NCBI GenBank assembly: GCA_051362555.1
Contig: CM120644.1
Span: forward strand, 21,908,534 to 21,972,533
Reading direction: 5' to 3'
Length of the DNA stretch: 64,000 nt
Source: Lingula anatina
Lineage: Eukaryota; Animalia; Brachiopoda
Shown here: positions 1 through 13,600 of the stretch, piece by piece
Position numbering within the stretch: the stretch's first letter is position 1
Layout of the letters: every line of letters begins with the position of its first letter
Notes under the pieces: generated by a model
What the model saw: the letters and a program-made list of their open reading frames with translations, nothing else
Database searches by the model: none
Told to the model about the DNA's origin: nothing
Made by a program: the position numbers and the translations under genes

Positions 1-1
1 C

Positions 2-1093
2 AATGTATTTATCTATTTTATAAGACTGCGTGACCTCTCCATTTCTAAGTGCGGAGTGAACAATTTGGGTTGCATCCTTTGCAAGTTTCCAGAAGGCGGA
101 ATACGTGACAGTTGTCGGGGTCATTATGGTGACAGCAGGTACCCAATTTAAAATGCCAAAGGCAGCGTTTAATTCCGGTGGAAGAAAACGCCGCATGTTA
201 ACAGCGTGAATAGAACCTATGTTCAAAACGCTGGGTGGTTTTCCATCATTTATCATATTTGCTATGGCCATGGATGCAGCAGCAAAGAAGGCACCATGGA
301 CAGTTGTCCAATGTTCCTTACATTTCGCTAGAATTCTATCCGTTTCTGAAATTGAAAATTCAACTGCTACTGTCTTTGTGTACGTGTCATCATCTATTGC
401 AACCGGTGGCGGGAATCGCTTCATATAAAGACTCTTGCTGGGAAACCACTGTATAAACTTTGCCTTTACTACATGGAGATAATCTCGCCAACTAAATGCC
501 ATTTCATCTTGTGGCAAGAGATCTTCCAAAGCTGGCTGGAGCATCACGGCATCGCCATCCTCACAAGACACACCCAACATGGCGGCGTTTAGGATATCAA
601 TTAGTCTGCGTAACATTAATAGCTTAGAAGTTCCATCCATGATAGAGTGATGGATCCCAAACACGACTACGCTGTTGAAGAGGTCGTTATCATTTACGAC
701 GTATCCCTCCATTGTTGAGTCAGCATTTTGTTTGGGCATGCGCACTACTCTCACCCTCCAAAGCGGACCATTGGCTGTGTCAAACAACACGGGCATCATA
801 TCCTCGTGGACCTTCTCCCAGTCATCTTCCGCCGTCCCTTCAACAGCCTCGTAGTCTACACGAGGGACGTCCATATACTTGAAGTGCCTCTTCCCTTCCT
901 GCCAAACTATGGCCAGTCGAAGGTGCGGAATGTCTCTTTGCAGTTGCCCGAGACACTGTACCCAGACATCATCTGTTATCAACCTTTTCGAGGTGATCCA
1001 CGTGGTAAACGCCATTGTGGAGACTTTTGCCTCATGCATCAAAGCGCAGTTGGTTTCGTCATGTCCTAGTGGGCGAATAATGTTATTTGCCAT
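2..1093 (-). CDS. Stand-alone condensation-domain / alcohol-acetyltransferase-type CoA-dependent acyltransferase (3' end beyond window)
   Basis: Manual translation gives an ATG at 1093 (in-frame TAA upstream at 1112-1114) and 364 open codons to the window edge: MANNIIRPLGHDE...GPLWRVRVV...GIHHSIMDGTS...KCKEHWTTVHGAFFAAA...VNMRRFL...FWKLAKD. The HHxxxDG catalytic motif is at 632-652 (residues 148-154). A possible 5'UTR splice acceptor (CTTCCTAG) lies at ~1142. Confidence 0.88.
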   Translation of the reverse strand, partial: MANNIIRPLGHDETNCALMHEAKVSTMAFTTWITSKRLITDDVWVQCLGQLQRDIPHLRLAIVWQEGKRHFKYMDVPRVDYEAVEGTAEDDWEKVHEDMMPVLFDTANGPLWRVRVVRMPKQNADSTMEGYVVNDNDLFNSVVVFGIHHSIMDGTSKLLMLRRLIDILNAAMLGVSCEDGDAVMLQPALEDLLPQDEMAFSWRDYLHVVKAKFIQWFPSKSLYMKRFPPPVAIDDDTYTKTVAVEFSISETDRILAKCKEHWTTVHGAFFAAASMAIANMINDGKPPSVLNIGSIHAVNMRRFLPPELNAAFGILNWVPAVTIMTPTTVTYSAFWKLAKDATQIVHSALRNGEVTQSYKIDKYI

Positions 1094-1256
1094 CAGTGGT
1101 TGCTTAAACGGTTACGTTTCAACGAGGCACACGAAAAGAGTCTAGGAAGTAGGTAGTCGGAGTTGTCTACAGGCTTAAAAGAAAACATTGATTGATTGGT
1201 AGTAAAACAGGGGATGCAGGAATCATGCAAAAATCTTGATATATAGTCTTTCAATC

Positions 1257-1451
1257 CAGGCCCGTAGCCGGGGGGGGGGGGGGGGGGGGGGGGTGGGGGG
1301 GGGGAGGGGGGTTCGAAAGAACTGCCCCCTTTAGTGGGAAAAGGTCCACTCTGGGTAAAATTTGATCTAGGTACATGAAGTTTTAATGGAAAAAGGTCCA
1401 CTTTTTCTAAAAAAGAACCCCCCCCTTTTGAAATTGCTGGCTACGGGCCTG
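1257..1451. mobile_element. MITE with CAGGCCCGTAGCC terminal inverted repeats
   Basis: caggcccgtagcc...ggctacgggcctg with flanking CAATC duplication. A related copy is at 61316-61479. Confidence 0.7.
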
Positions 1452-2597
1452 CAATCCATTGAGTAACTGACTAGATCGAGTGAATGCTTTACTGACTGAC
1501 TATACGTCCTCCCCATTCCCACAATACTGAATTTAATCATTTTTAAACATTAAAAGGACGTTGTGAAATAAATATATTGATCAGCACTCTTTAGTCTGCT
1601 GTAAACTCTTCTACTTGTATGTGATGCCAGTTTTTCTGTAAGTGGTACCTACCGGTTAAGTGCTTTCAAAGATTCCACAAAATGAGACGCTTTCACTGTG
1701 AGATCAAAGCTTGTGTCTGTTTCGTTAAAAAAAACAACCCACCTACATTCTATATGGCGTGGATTCTAATTACGACACGCATAATATGTCTACGTCCTTA
1801 TTAACCTGGATTCTTATGAATAAAAAGACACCATGGCGAGCGTGCAGAGCCTAGTAAACAGTGAATGCTGTAAAATAGTGATTTGCCCTAGTTACGGTCA
1901 CCTGTGCCGTTCACTAACCGTGTTTGAAAAATGTCTCAGAAGCTACATTTATACAAACACTGCCTTGTCATAGACTTGTGAAGATTCTTTTGTCTATAGC
2001 TATTTATATTAGTTTGATCTTACCATCCAATATTTCATCTGCTTGCAGTCAGATTTCATCAGGGAATGAGGTTGTGACAGGTATGACAACCTGTCACCCC
2101 CTCTGGTGTGCTATTTGGATGGTAAGATCAAACTAATATAAATAGATATAGACAAAAGAATCTTCACATGCCTTGTCATAGCTTTAAAACTATAAACTAC
2201 ATACATGTTTATATGGTTATGGGGAGCATCACATACAGGCTGAAACAGAATCTAAGGACAAACATCACAATTTTTAGCCGTATATTCCTGGCTAAATAAC
2301 ACTGGGGTATCTAGTTACTGCCCGGACATACAAACAAACTGTAGCAACACAACTTCTCAGCTATTTCAATAATATGTATTGAGATAATCATCAATAGATA
2401 ATTTGGTAGGATGGCTAGTGTAATTTTCATATACCACATAAATTAATTAATGTATTTATTCAACTATACAAGTCAACTCCCTTCTACACAAATATGCCCA
2501 TTACCTTGGGTGCGTTTAGTTCATCTTCTCTCTCTAACAATCCTCGTTCTGTCTTCACTAACACAACTGGGCGGTGTACGTGTGTAAGCCGTCACAA

Positions 2598-2883
2598 CGA
2601 GGCATAGACCGCATCACAGGCAATACACAACTGCAGCCTAAGGCGTGTTTCCATTGGTATAAGAGACTACGAGGCTGAGACCACATCACAGGCAATACAC
2701 AGCTGCAGCCTAAGGCGTGTATCCATTGGTATTAGAAACTGTGAGGCTCAGACCACATTACAGGGAATACACAGCTGCAGCCTAAGGCGTGTAGCCATTG
2801 GTATAAGAGACTACGAGGCTGAGACCACATCACAGGCAAAACACTGCAGCCTAAGGTGCGTTTCCATTGGTATTAAAAACTGC
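2598..2883. repeat. Minisatellite, 4 units of ~72 bp
   Basis: Unit gaggc(t)gagaccacatcacaggcaatacacagctgcagcctaaggcgtgt..ccattggtat starts at ~2598, 2670, 2742 and 2814. Confidence 0.9.
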
Positions 2884-4691
2884 TCAGATGAAATGGAACA
2901 CGATGTTTATTTTTTGTGTATGAAAAAGATAATTTCGATTATCTATTTGGAATGGAGGATGCGATTACGATAAAATAAATAGGGCAAATGAATATAAATT
3001 ATTAAACGCAAAAAGACTTGACTTGCCTTTATTGCACTGTTGTTCATCAATTATGTGTAATTATAGTATTTTAAAATCAGATTTATTTTGCAGCTCACTG
3101 CTGACAAATCCAATTTCCAACGTCCGTATCGCAAGCAACATTCGCCATTGCCTCACATTAGGATGTTCATTTATAATATGTCAATGTTTAACATCATTGT
3201 TTTTGCCACATGCAGCGACGTTTACGCCATAACGTAGGCTTGTTTTCACAATCTTATGATTTATTGATATGTAAAATAAAGAATGCCCCTGAACTTACTT
3301 GACATTCGGAGTTTCTTCTTCTCATTAATGTCGCGGAGCACCGTAACAAAACGTGAGTTTACCAAACTGCACCATGGCGTCTGGAGGTCCGAATTTGATT
3401 TTTTTACACAAAACTCTTTTTACGTCTGGTTCGTCAGAGGTGACGTGTATTTACATGTATACATGACGGTCATGTCTTGAACACGGACAACTGAAGAACG
3501 GTTAAAGCATGCGCACTGATAAAGTACCGAGGCAATGTACTAGTAAGTTTTTTCTATCCCACTTCTCGGCCATTTTAAAACTTGTTACATTTCATATCTT
3601 TTTTCGTTTGACTTATTTTCTTCACCCTCTGATTAACAAGTTATATACATTTGACTAATGAAAGTGTACAACTCAAGAATAAAGCAATCTAAAGTAATTT
3701 TATTCATTCAGAGGAACAGAACACGACTGAAGATACATGTGTCTAATAGGCCTATATTTCACTTAAAGTGACTGGGGCGATTTTTACAAAGATTTTCTCA
3801 AAAAAGTCCACATTCTTGAAAACGACGATTTTTAATTATATTACATTTCAAAATGTACGCAGACCTGTACGATAATACATGTAGAATGGAATACTCATGT
3901 TTCTAATAATAATGTTCAAAACACCTTATTACACATAGCAAAATTATCTTACAAACTAGAATTTATAAAGAACAAAACATATACATATTTAAGCTATAAG
4001 AAATAATTATATTATAAGTGAACATAATCAAACACAAACCGAAAAACTTTCATACTGTCAGCTTAATTACGGCCAACCGGGACGTAGTCCTTCATCAGAC
4101 TGATGTGACCAGATATTCACACTCACTGACCACTAGGTGGTATAGCGGCTAGGACCATCTTATACATGTCAGGTAGAACGAACCCCCCCCCCCCCGTCCC
4201 TATTCATGGGTGGCAGGTGACGGCTGATGTTGATAGCCTCTCGTATCTAACGCAGGATGTCAGATGACTCGGATTCAAGGATCTTGGTTGAATTCCAGTC
4301 AGTACTGTGGTCGGTGTCTATTACATCTCCACCTAACAGTATGAACGTCTTTCGGCTTTTGTTTGATATTTTCATTTATGGTCAGACTACCAAGCTAACA
4401 AACATTTTTGCTCATTTACGAGATAATTATATAATGATTCAAATGTTTGGAACACAATTAATATTCAAATAAAGGAAAACAAAAGAGACGAGGAAAACTA
4501 GCCATTTTTACAACCCTGTACCCTTTATATTATGGTAAAAGACGTCTACTGTTTTATGTTTCTCTCGCTTCGTACCGTAACTTTTCATGAACATTGCCAC
4601 TCTCCCCTTAGCGACAACCTGGGTAAGCCAGTACCTTTGAATACCAAAGTGAAACGTACAGTTCGTCAGCGCTTTTCCTGCAGAACACTGT

Positions 4692-7600
4692 CTAGTCACC
4701 TCTTGGTGTGAGTGTGATACCAAGAGGTTTGTCTGGTTTCCCGAATGTAGTATACGTGATTCCAATGTCCTCCGAGCCCGAGTGTTGTATCGTGAAATTT
4801 TGGACAAGCTGAAGATAGAAATAGAATGAAATGGTGGAATAAAAAGGTAAACTATCCGCGTTTGAAAATGTCCCCAAAACATGAATTCTATCTCTACATT
4901 TCCTGCATGAATCGTAGCAATAACTTAGCAATTAGAAACGGATTCAGGTACAGAGGCTGGTCGATGATTCGCGAATAGGAGAAAATTCAATTTGGCGGGA
5001 AAATCTGGAAAGGATTCCTATAAGGTAAACATGATTTCCTATGCGCAAACTAGGGCTTGTTGAAGAAAAATACCATATCAAATAAATACCTTATGAATTA
5101 CATCCACATATCTAAATAAGATCAAGTGAATTACGTTGTTTTCTTGTCCAAATATGAAGGAGAGTGTGTAGCAGAAAATGTGCTTGTATGTATAGCAGAA
5201 AAAGAGTATGTGAGAGAGAGGGAGAGAGAGAGGGAGGAGGGAAAAAGAGAGAAGAGAGAGACTGAGAGATTGGGGTTAATACCTTGCTGATAGCAATGTA
5301 CATCTGCTGTTCTGCGAACCGTTTCCCTATACACATTCTGGGGCCGTGGCCGAAGGGCAGCATGAGGAAAGGGTGTGGCTGCACGTTATCCTCCTTCATC
5401 CAGCGTTCAGGAGAGTAGGTGTGAGGGTTAGAGAAATACTCGGACTGTAAGCACGGGATGTTGTTACAGTTTATCACACAGGTCTGAAAGAAAAAAGGTC
5501 ACGTGACTGAGCATGAAATATCACCCATACTTTACATATAGATTAACAAACGCCACCTCCTTACAATAGACAGGCAAATTGTTATAATTACGAATTTACT
5601 TTTACGTTTAAACTCGACTTTTTAAAGATGAGAATGTGATTACCCAATAGGAGAATTTTAAATAAATTTGTGGCGGTTTAAGTAAGTGTTAAGACTTCTC
5701 CTGTCTTAGGAGAACGTGCACGGTTAATTTAGCTTCTAGTCTAATTTGAGATCAGACCACGCTTGCATCAATATGATGTGACAATAAATATCTACAAACC
5801 CCTTTTGGTACTAGGAAACCTCCCAGAACAGCGTCTTCGGCCAGGGCTCTCGAAGTCCCTGCCGCTGTGGGGAAGATTAATCTGAAAACATGACAAATAC
5901 CAATGCCAAAATATTCTGCAACAAAAATGTTATTTCAAGAAGATATGAATTGGCAGTTACAGCTACATTCAAACACTAAACGGTGATAAAAAACTCTTAA
6001 CTTACACACGATAAACTATAGTTCTGAGAAAGTGGTGGTGATTGACAAGTGTTATACCACCTAACTACATGTATACTCCCCCCCCCCCATCAAAAAAAAA
6101 AAAAAAAAAAGTGCAGATGAAGGTAGAACTCTTTAGGCGTGTCATTGCATACCTCATAGACTCCTTCAAACACGCTTTCATATAAGGCAGACGATTGAGG
6201 TGTTCGGGGGTCATGTGACCATCTCTCGGCAACACTCGGGTCACTTCGGTCCTCAATTTGTCTTGTTTGTCTGGGTTGCAGGCCAAATTGTACATTAAAA
6301 AGGCCAGGGTGTTAGAGGTCTGAAACAGAAAACGACAGATTTGATTTGATTTGAAATAATTTATTGAGTACAAAATTATAAATATCATGTTTAAAGCAAT
6401 CAGTCTGTCTTTATAATTCATTTGGTTACCAAGAATATGTCTTGTGGCAGATCGCTGCACCCTTTCTAGTTTTATCAAATTTTCTTTTGTGATGTGATTA
6501 CAAGATACAGAAATTAACTCCAGCTTTGACCGTACTAAAGAATCAAAAAGAGGCCGCATTAATCTCGGGTTCCTATTTCTGTCAAATACTCGCATAATAG
6601 CTGCCCATGTCTAGTTTACACACTTAACAATGTTCTTTATATGTAAATTAAAGGTCAGCTCGCTACTAACGGTTACTCCTAAATCCCTTACTTCATGTAC
6701 CTTTGTCAACACGTCCAGAGATGTTATAATAAAATACAGTTGGATTGACCTTCCGTGTGACACTTAGCAGCATACATTTTTTAGCATTCAGTTTCATTCC
6801 CCACGTATTACACCACTCTACTACTTTCTCAAGATCCTCCTGGAGGGCCAAACAATCAGCCAAAGAACTAATTAATATATGCATTTTTGAGTCATCAGCA
6901 AAAAGAGACATAGTTGTTAACCGGTCAAAAACCTCAGGTAAGTCACTGATATAAAGTAAAAACATCAGTGGCCCCAAGATTGATCCTTGTGGAACTCCAG
7001 AAGTTACATCACTAGTATATGAGATTTCACTATTTAAGAATACTCTTTGCTGCCTTACGGTTAAATAAACGCTAAACCAGTTTAATAATCTACCATTTAT
7101 ATCAAAACTACACAGGCACAGCATCAAACGCCTTGCTAAAATCTAGATAAATGACATCATCTGCTCAACTCTATCCAAATTTCCCCCTATTGAATGTGAT
7201 GCTTGTATTAGTTGGGTGCTAGTTGAACGCTGTGCCCTAAAAAACCATCATGAGCCTCATTAATTTTAGGTAGGATTATTTGGTCAGTTTAGTGTGGATC
7301 AACCTCTCCATAACCTTGGAAATAGTACATAACAAAGACACTGGCCTGTAGTTTTCTACCTTACCCTCGTTACCCTTTTTATTCGCCAACTTCCAAATAA
7401 TAGGCAGATCACCACACAACATACTACAATAAAATAAAAACGCACAAGAGTCACTTAACGATGCGGCACATTCCTTCAATAGTTTTGGCGGAATTCCATT
7501 CTTTACATCAAGACCTAGGCTTCGTAACTCAAATTCGGACAGCGATATCATCTTTCATTTCGAGGCTACCATATGGGGCAAGTAAATGCCAAGTTATGGA

Positions 7601-10600
7601 ATAGAAACGCTTGGGCTTGATCGCAATTTGCGTTGCTTTTGAGTTACGGAGCCTTTAAATACAATTTAACACCTCTTCGGTTGTAAATTCAAAACAATCT
7701 AATGAAGGTTCGACCACAATGCCAATATCTGGCAAAACTACATTATCATTAGAAAAGACGACAGTAAATTAATCATTGAACAAGTTGGCTTTATCACTGC
7801 AATCAACTCCCTTCACAACATTGTAACTTATAGATTTGGGTATCCTATCAGCATTTACTTTATTGTGTTTAAACGACCAAAAGCGCTTCGGTTTGGACCT
7901 TGACACCCTACCTATTGTTTCGATATATGCTTTCACTAGTTGGCCTGATTGGGTCTTAAAGTGCAATTTAAGACCAAAACTGGACTGACGCTATCTTAAA
8001 GATTAAGTAAGAAGCATTAATTTGATCTTAAGACTAAAAAGGAACTAAAACTGCAGTGAGTAAGACTATAATTTGTCTGCCTTCAAATGAAGTGGTAAAG
8101 CAATTATCTCCCCTCACGCGTCTAAACGTGGACTGACTTTCCAGCTAGCCAGGTGAAGATGGCAATCAAGAAGAGGACCATTGTGTGAGTAGCAAAGGGT
8201 GCGTGGTCTCTTGTCAAGTAAGTGCCATTTACCTAATTGCTAAAGGGTGGTTTAGATACCATCTCAGATCATTTTTAAAGCAAGGAAATACTTCGTTGTA
8301 GAAGTACTAGTGCAGCATACTTTTTAATGTTGTGACATCGGAGTTTAGAAATATAGCTTCAGATTTGACCAAATCAGGCCCACTATTGTTTGTAACTAGT
8401 ACGGGACTTTCCTCAACCTATTTCTCAAACCTCTATACCTATTTCAAGATGTAACTCTACCATCATTTCTAGCTTTACGCAACGCTGACTTCACCCTATT
8501 TGACAAATGCTTTAGCTCTCCCATAACCCTCCAAGGCCTACTTGAAACCTTTAACATGCGCTTAGGTACAAAGCAATCTATTCCCGTATTTACCACAAAC
8601 AGCCAATCATTCCACACATGTTCAACATTATTGTTGGCATTACGTGCACTAAAATGAAAACCATAACCAAGCCTATCACAAAGGAATTCCTCAATCCTTG
8701 TACGTACGTAGATCGACACGCTTCCAACCTAAAATTGACCTTGACCTCTGATTCACGTACCCTACTCGCATTCATTTCAAACGTAAACACTACTGGATAA
8801 TGATCCGAGCAAAAACCGTCAGGCCAGACCTCTAAATCACAGATTTGCTCATGTCTAGTTGGCAAAACTAGATCGAGGGTATTCCCTGTCCTATGCGTAC
8901 ATGCAGGCTCATGTTCCATCTGCATCAAAGTAAAATCAGACAATAGATCACAGAACTCCTATGCTCAGCGGCGCACCCGGCAGCCCATGACGACAGCGGT
9001 CTACCGGTAACTTCGACAACAATCTCACCAGCAGCAGTTTTCAATGTGTTTCTATCAATTAGATTGTTTTTCGGTCACATTAAATTTATTATTTATTTAT
9101 TTATTTTTTCTTCTTGTTGCCTTTTGATCTAAGATCCGCCAAGAACAATCGTCGTATTCAATGTCAACTTTCGACTCCACGTGAAACATTTAATTTCTCA
9201 TAGCTGATGATCGGGTTAATGCTAAACTCTGCATTCAAAGAAAATATGAAATCATTGAGGGGGAAGAGAGAGAGAGAGGACAGAACAGGTACACGATATG
9301 CTATTTTAAGAATTACCGCAAGCATTTCTACAAAAATATAACTTATAGCACGTCAAACAAACTGACAAAATAACAAGGCAGAAAAGCTGTCAAATGTACA
9401 GACAAAAAGCAGAAAATAACAATGCACAAAATAGGCTACTGTTAATTCTGATGCAATAATACATTGTGTTTAACTGTAGAGCCAACATTTGTTATTATGC
9501 ACAACAAATAATACCAACAAAAGTAACAAGCATAAGGCTTCAGGCCCATGGGAGTTCAAGTTCACACTTTGAATATGCCAAAATGTTAATTCACAAATAA
9601 TTGTATAAATTCAATTAAAAATGATAATCCAATCGAGTAGGTTTTCTTATTTGAGATGTATGTCAATGCTTAGAATCATTTTTGTAAGTTAAAACAATAA
9701 TAAGTGACATTTTTTATTTTCATACCGTTTGTGCTGACAGTGCACAAAGTACATTTTCTTTCAATTTTAATGCAGTATTAAATAATGATTAATGGTATTA
9801 CCACCATTTTTAACCATCTAACAATAAATATCATGGACATTTAGAAAATTTGATCACCACTTGGCTTCAATATGTGAAAAATGAAAATTTCCAAAAGAAA
9901 AAGCTTATTTGCCTGCCTTTCCAATAGAGGCCCGTGTTTCTTCTTTGTATGTTTGAGAATAATAACTAACAAGGCTAACATGGTTTTTCCTTTAATGTTC
10001 ATCATTAGCAGCAGCGTTCAAAATAGGGTTTTCATGAAATTGATGCAATATTACATAACGCTTAACAGTATAATAACAATCAATTTTTAATAATAAAATA
10101 TAGGTATGGTGGATATTCAGAAAATTGTTGAGATGGGAAAATATCAAAACAACAATTTTAAATGTCCAATGTGCTCCATTCTGAGATTCTGAACATACAC
10201 CCCATTTCCATAGATTTTTAGATCGATCTATCCCTGTGGGAAGTCTCACTAGATTACTGTCAGCTTGGCTGGCTTAAGCGTCTGTCCGGCCTACTAAAAG
10301 CTGTAAGGGGTAATTAACTATGGTGCGCGCTCATCTGATTGCAATTTAGCGTGAAACCCCAGGGAGTTAGGTCGATCTAAATTTTAATTCCTAGATCGAT
10401 CTAAATTACTGGAAATACACCCATAGTGAATGATTGAATCTGACAAACCGCAATGATATGAGTTTATTTCTATTTTTAACACTTTTTTACATAAAACCAA
10501 GTAAATCATTTACTTTCATTTTCTATGATCAACTAAGAAAATTGATGAGATGAGAAATACCAAAAGAACAATTTTAAATGTCCAATTCCTCCATTCTGAG

Positions 10601-13600
10601 ATTCTGAACATAGTGAATGATTGAATCTGACAAACTGCAATGATATGAGTTTATTTCCATTTTTGACACTTTCTTACACAATACACAATAAGAGGTTTAC
10701 CACCATGTTTATATAATCAACTAACAATATTGTAAAGGGATAACAACTCTTTGTCCAGGGACTGACTATGAATTTAGAAATGAATTCATTTACTAATGGA
10801 AAGTATGGGACAATTGCTGTTTACCCCAGGAATATTAATTTTTTTTTGGCCAAAATGAACAGTTGTTATTCCTTTAAGATGCAGAAAATCTCAAAAAAAA
10901 AAAAAAAAAAAAAAAACACTTTTACATATCTAATTACTTTGATAGTGACACTGTAAACATGCGTATGAATTGAATCTGTACAAAAAAGCCTTCCTTCATC
11001 AAAAGTGAACCAATCAAGCTAATTTACAAACTTGATCTATATATAAGCCCTATGAATCAGACACAAGTTTTTAAGCAAAACATTACGTGGCTTTCATGTT
11101 ATTCGTATAATGGTGGATAAAATATGCTGAAAAAAGCGGAAAAATAGCTTAACTTTATTGAAATTGGTCCGATTGAGCTGATTTTTGAACTCGACCTGTA
11201 TTTTAGTAAGACTGCATGATCACACCTGTGAATTTCAAGGCCAATCGATTTTCCTTGAAATGTGTTATCAGTGTTGCATATATGCTGAAAAAAGAGAAAA
11301 AACTGCATTACTTTTGAAAAAATAGTCCGATCAAGGTGATTTTTGAACTCGACCTGCGTTTTATGAATATTTATCAGTTCTGTATCTTTCAAGCCAAAAG
11401 GTGAAACGGTTTTCCACTTTTCGGTGAAAGTGCACGGCGACGCAGGTGAGGGCTATATGCACAGACATAGATGTGTCTGTACATAAAAATGTATTTTGGA
11501 AATGTTTATCAAGTCACCGATTCAACTCCTGCCATAAAGAGGGTCGTGGCTGAATCCGAGGCGTTTTCAATGGATTCGCCGTCCTTGACAAGGTCGGTAA
11601 TAAAATGCTGTGGACTGTCTTCCGTAGCCCTCAACTCGGCATCTTTCGCGAGACTCTTTTCGATAAGATCCGCAGAAAATCTGAAAGAAATAAAACAAAA
11701 ATCAAACAAACTGCATGTAGGACAACTGAAGTCATGTCGGTGGATACAACTTTATGGGTGCATGATACTTATATTTCACGTTTACTGGCAAACATGCTCA
11801 AACAATGGGAAGGGACAAAGCCTACTAATTTGAATTCATTTTATTTAATCTATAAGCCGTACGGCTCATGAAAGTAATATACCATATAATAAAATATAAT
11901 AACATACAACATAAAATTATATAAATTAACAAATACCCAAAGGGATCCTTATCTTGATTCGGAGATGTTTTTACCTTAATTATTTAACTGAAGTATTGTT
12001 CAAAGATAGCCTTTGATAGGTTTAAGGGTGTTTTATTTGATAAATTTCTGCCTAAATATTATACGGAAGGGGTATATGGGAACATAAAGAAACCCGTCTC
12101 CTATATCGTTCACATAACAGAGTTTAAAGATTTTATTTTATTTAGAAATGTTGGAGTGTCTTCCTCGTTTAATGGCTATTTTGTGAGATAAAACTTTAAT
12201 TTCTTCTGGGCACTCCCCGTTGCTGTGGCATGGGCTTGAGTAGACCATAATGTATTGTAAAATCACCAGTTTATATTTTTCTTAAATTAACTTTTAACCT
12301 TTCCTCAATCACGGAAAGCACCAAATAATCTAAAATAAAAGAGATCTCCCCCACAACTAATCCCATTGAGTGCGTGTAAAAGGTTTTGTCATACCTCTGT
12401 ACTTACTGTAAAATAAAGGTGTATAGGTCCTCAAACCGGGCATAGAGAGGAGTTGGAAACCACTTATACAGCTGTAAAGAGTAAAGGCTATCGGCGAGCA
12501 GGGCAAAGAATTCTTCGTTTTTCTGAATAAACATCCGCTCCTTGGCATCGTGTGGCAATTTAGCTCCAAGCACGTTGAGTCGCATATTAAAACATACATT
12601 GCCAATCGCTAAAAAAATAGGCGAATAAAGATATGGTAATTTTACAAAGGGTAAAAAAAGGTAAAATAAAATGTTTGTTCTCCAATTTGAACAAGAGCCA
12701 TTTCTCTAAATTGAAAGAGAGAAATCGCTACCGTAAAGCAATACTATTAGTGACTGCATGCTATAATGTTGACTAAAAGTGCATTCAGAGCAGCGGACTA
12801 GCAGAAACGCAGATCAAATATGGTGACCCACGTGAAATCTTGTTACCCAATCGCCGATTATATATGAATAGATTCCATGCGAGGATTACGCAATTCAAGT
12901 GGGTCGGCCATATTTCATCAGCGGATCCGTAAGTCTGCTGTTCTGAATGCGCTCTAAGGACCGCTTTTCTCTGTTTTTTACGTCTTGTGCATTTTGAATT
13001 GTGAATTACCTAAATGGATCCTCGACACTCGACAAGGACAATTAGTTAGCTAAACTAAAATGTGACAAAATTTTGGGGACAGATATCGAATTTTATAAAA
13101 ATCCAGTAGTATAATTGCATGTTAGAACTCACCAAAATGAGAGCATTCAGTTAAAAAGACCTTATATCTTGCAAAAACATACTAACACTAACGTCGTTAT
13201 AACATAAAACTGGGGGAACAAACGTTCCTTTATATATTCACTTTTCAGTGCAGTCACAGTTCATTCCTCATTTCAAAACATGTAGATACGCATTTGCTTC
13301 TGCTTATGAAATATTTTGTGTGAAATGAAGCTTACATTCCATGACGTACTGGACCAGCTCCTCCTGGATGTCAAGCTCTGTCTTTTCCTCGGCCATCCTC
13401 CGCAGGTAAGCCACGAATTCATCTGTGACTTGAGACTGCATACTTAGGTAGAGCTGCACGGCTTGGGGGCGGAGCATTTTCTTCTGGGTCGTCGTACGCC
13501 GGTCATGCCACTGTTTGCCATCTCTTGAAAGAGAAGCTAAAATGTTTTCACTGAACAGAGAGCATGCCTACGCCAGGACAAATAAGCTAAATTTTGAAAT

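Larger units (their letters stand above)
9372..11489. mobile_element. Helentron/HINE-like non-autonomous repeat
   Basis: Begins aacaaggcag..aagctgtcaaatgtacag and ends with a hairpin-like acagac..gtctgt plus A-run. Absent at the same intron site in paralogs B and C. Related copies at ~16868-17728, ~18810-20676, ~27947-30240 and ~31265-31622. The family assignment is inferred from the end structure only. Confidence 0.55.

Noticed and set aside
219-1145. Plus-strand ORFs 219-428, 235-456, 728-1069 and 879-1145
   Set aside because: Antisense shadows of the minus-strand acyltransferase CDS.
2598-2883. Possible CRISPR or structured-RNA array
   Set aside because: A plain 72-bp minisatellite with no spacers and no hammerhead core.
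6065-6595. ORF appearing to fuse the LINE RT C-terminus to the P450 K-helix exon
   Set aside because: Chance in-frame read-through across the intron; a canonical acceptor at 6320-6321 matches paralogs B and C.
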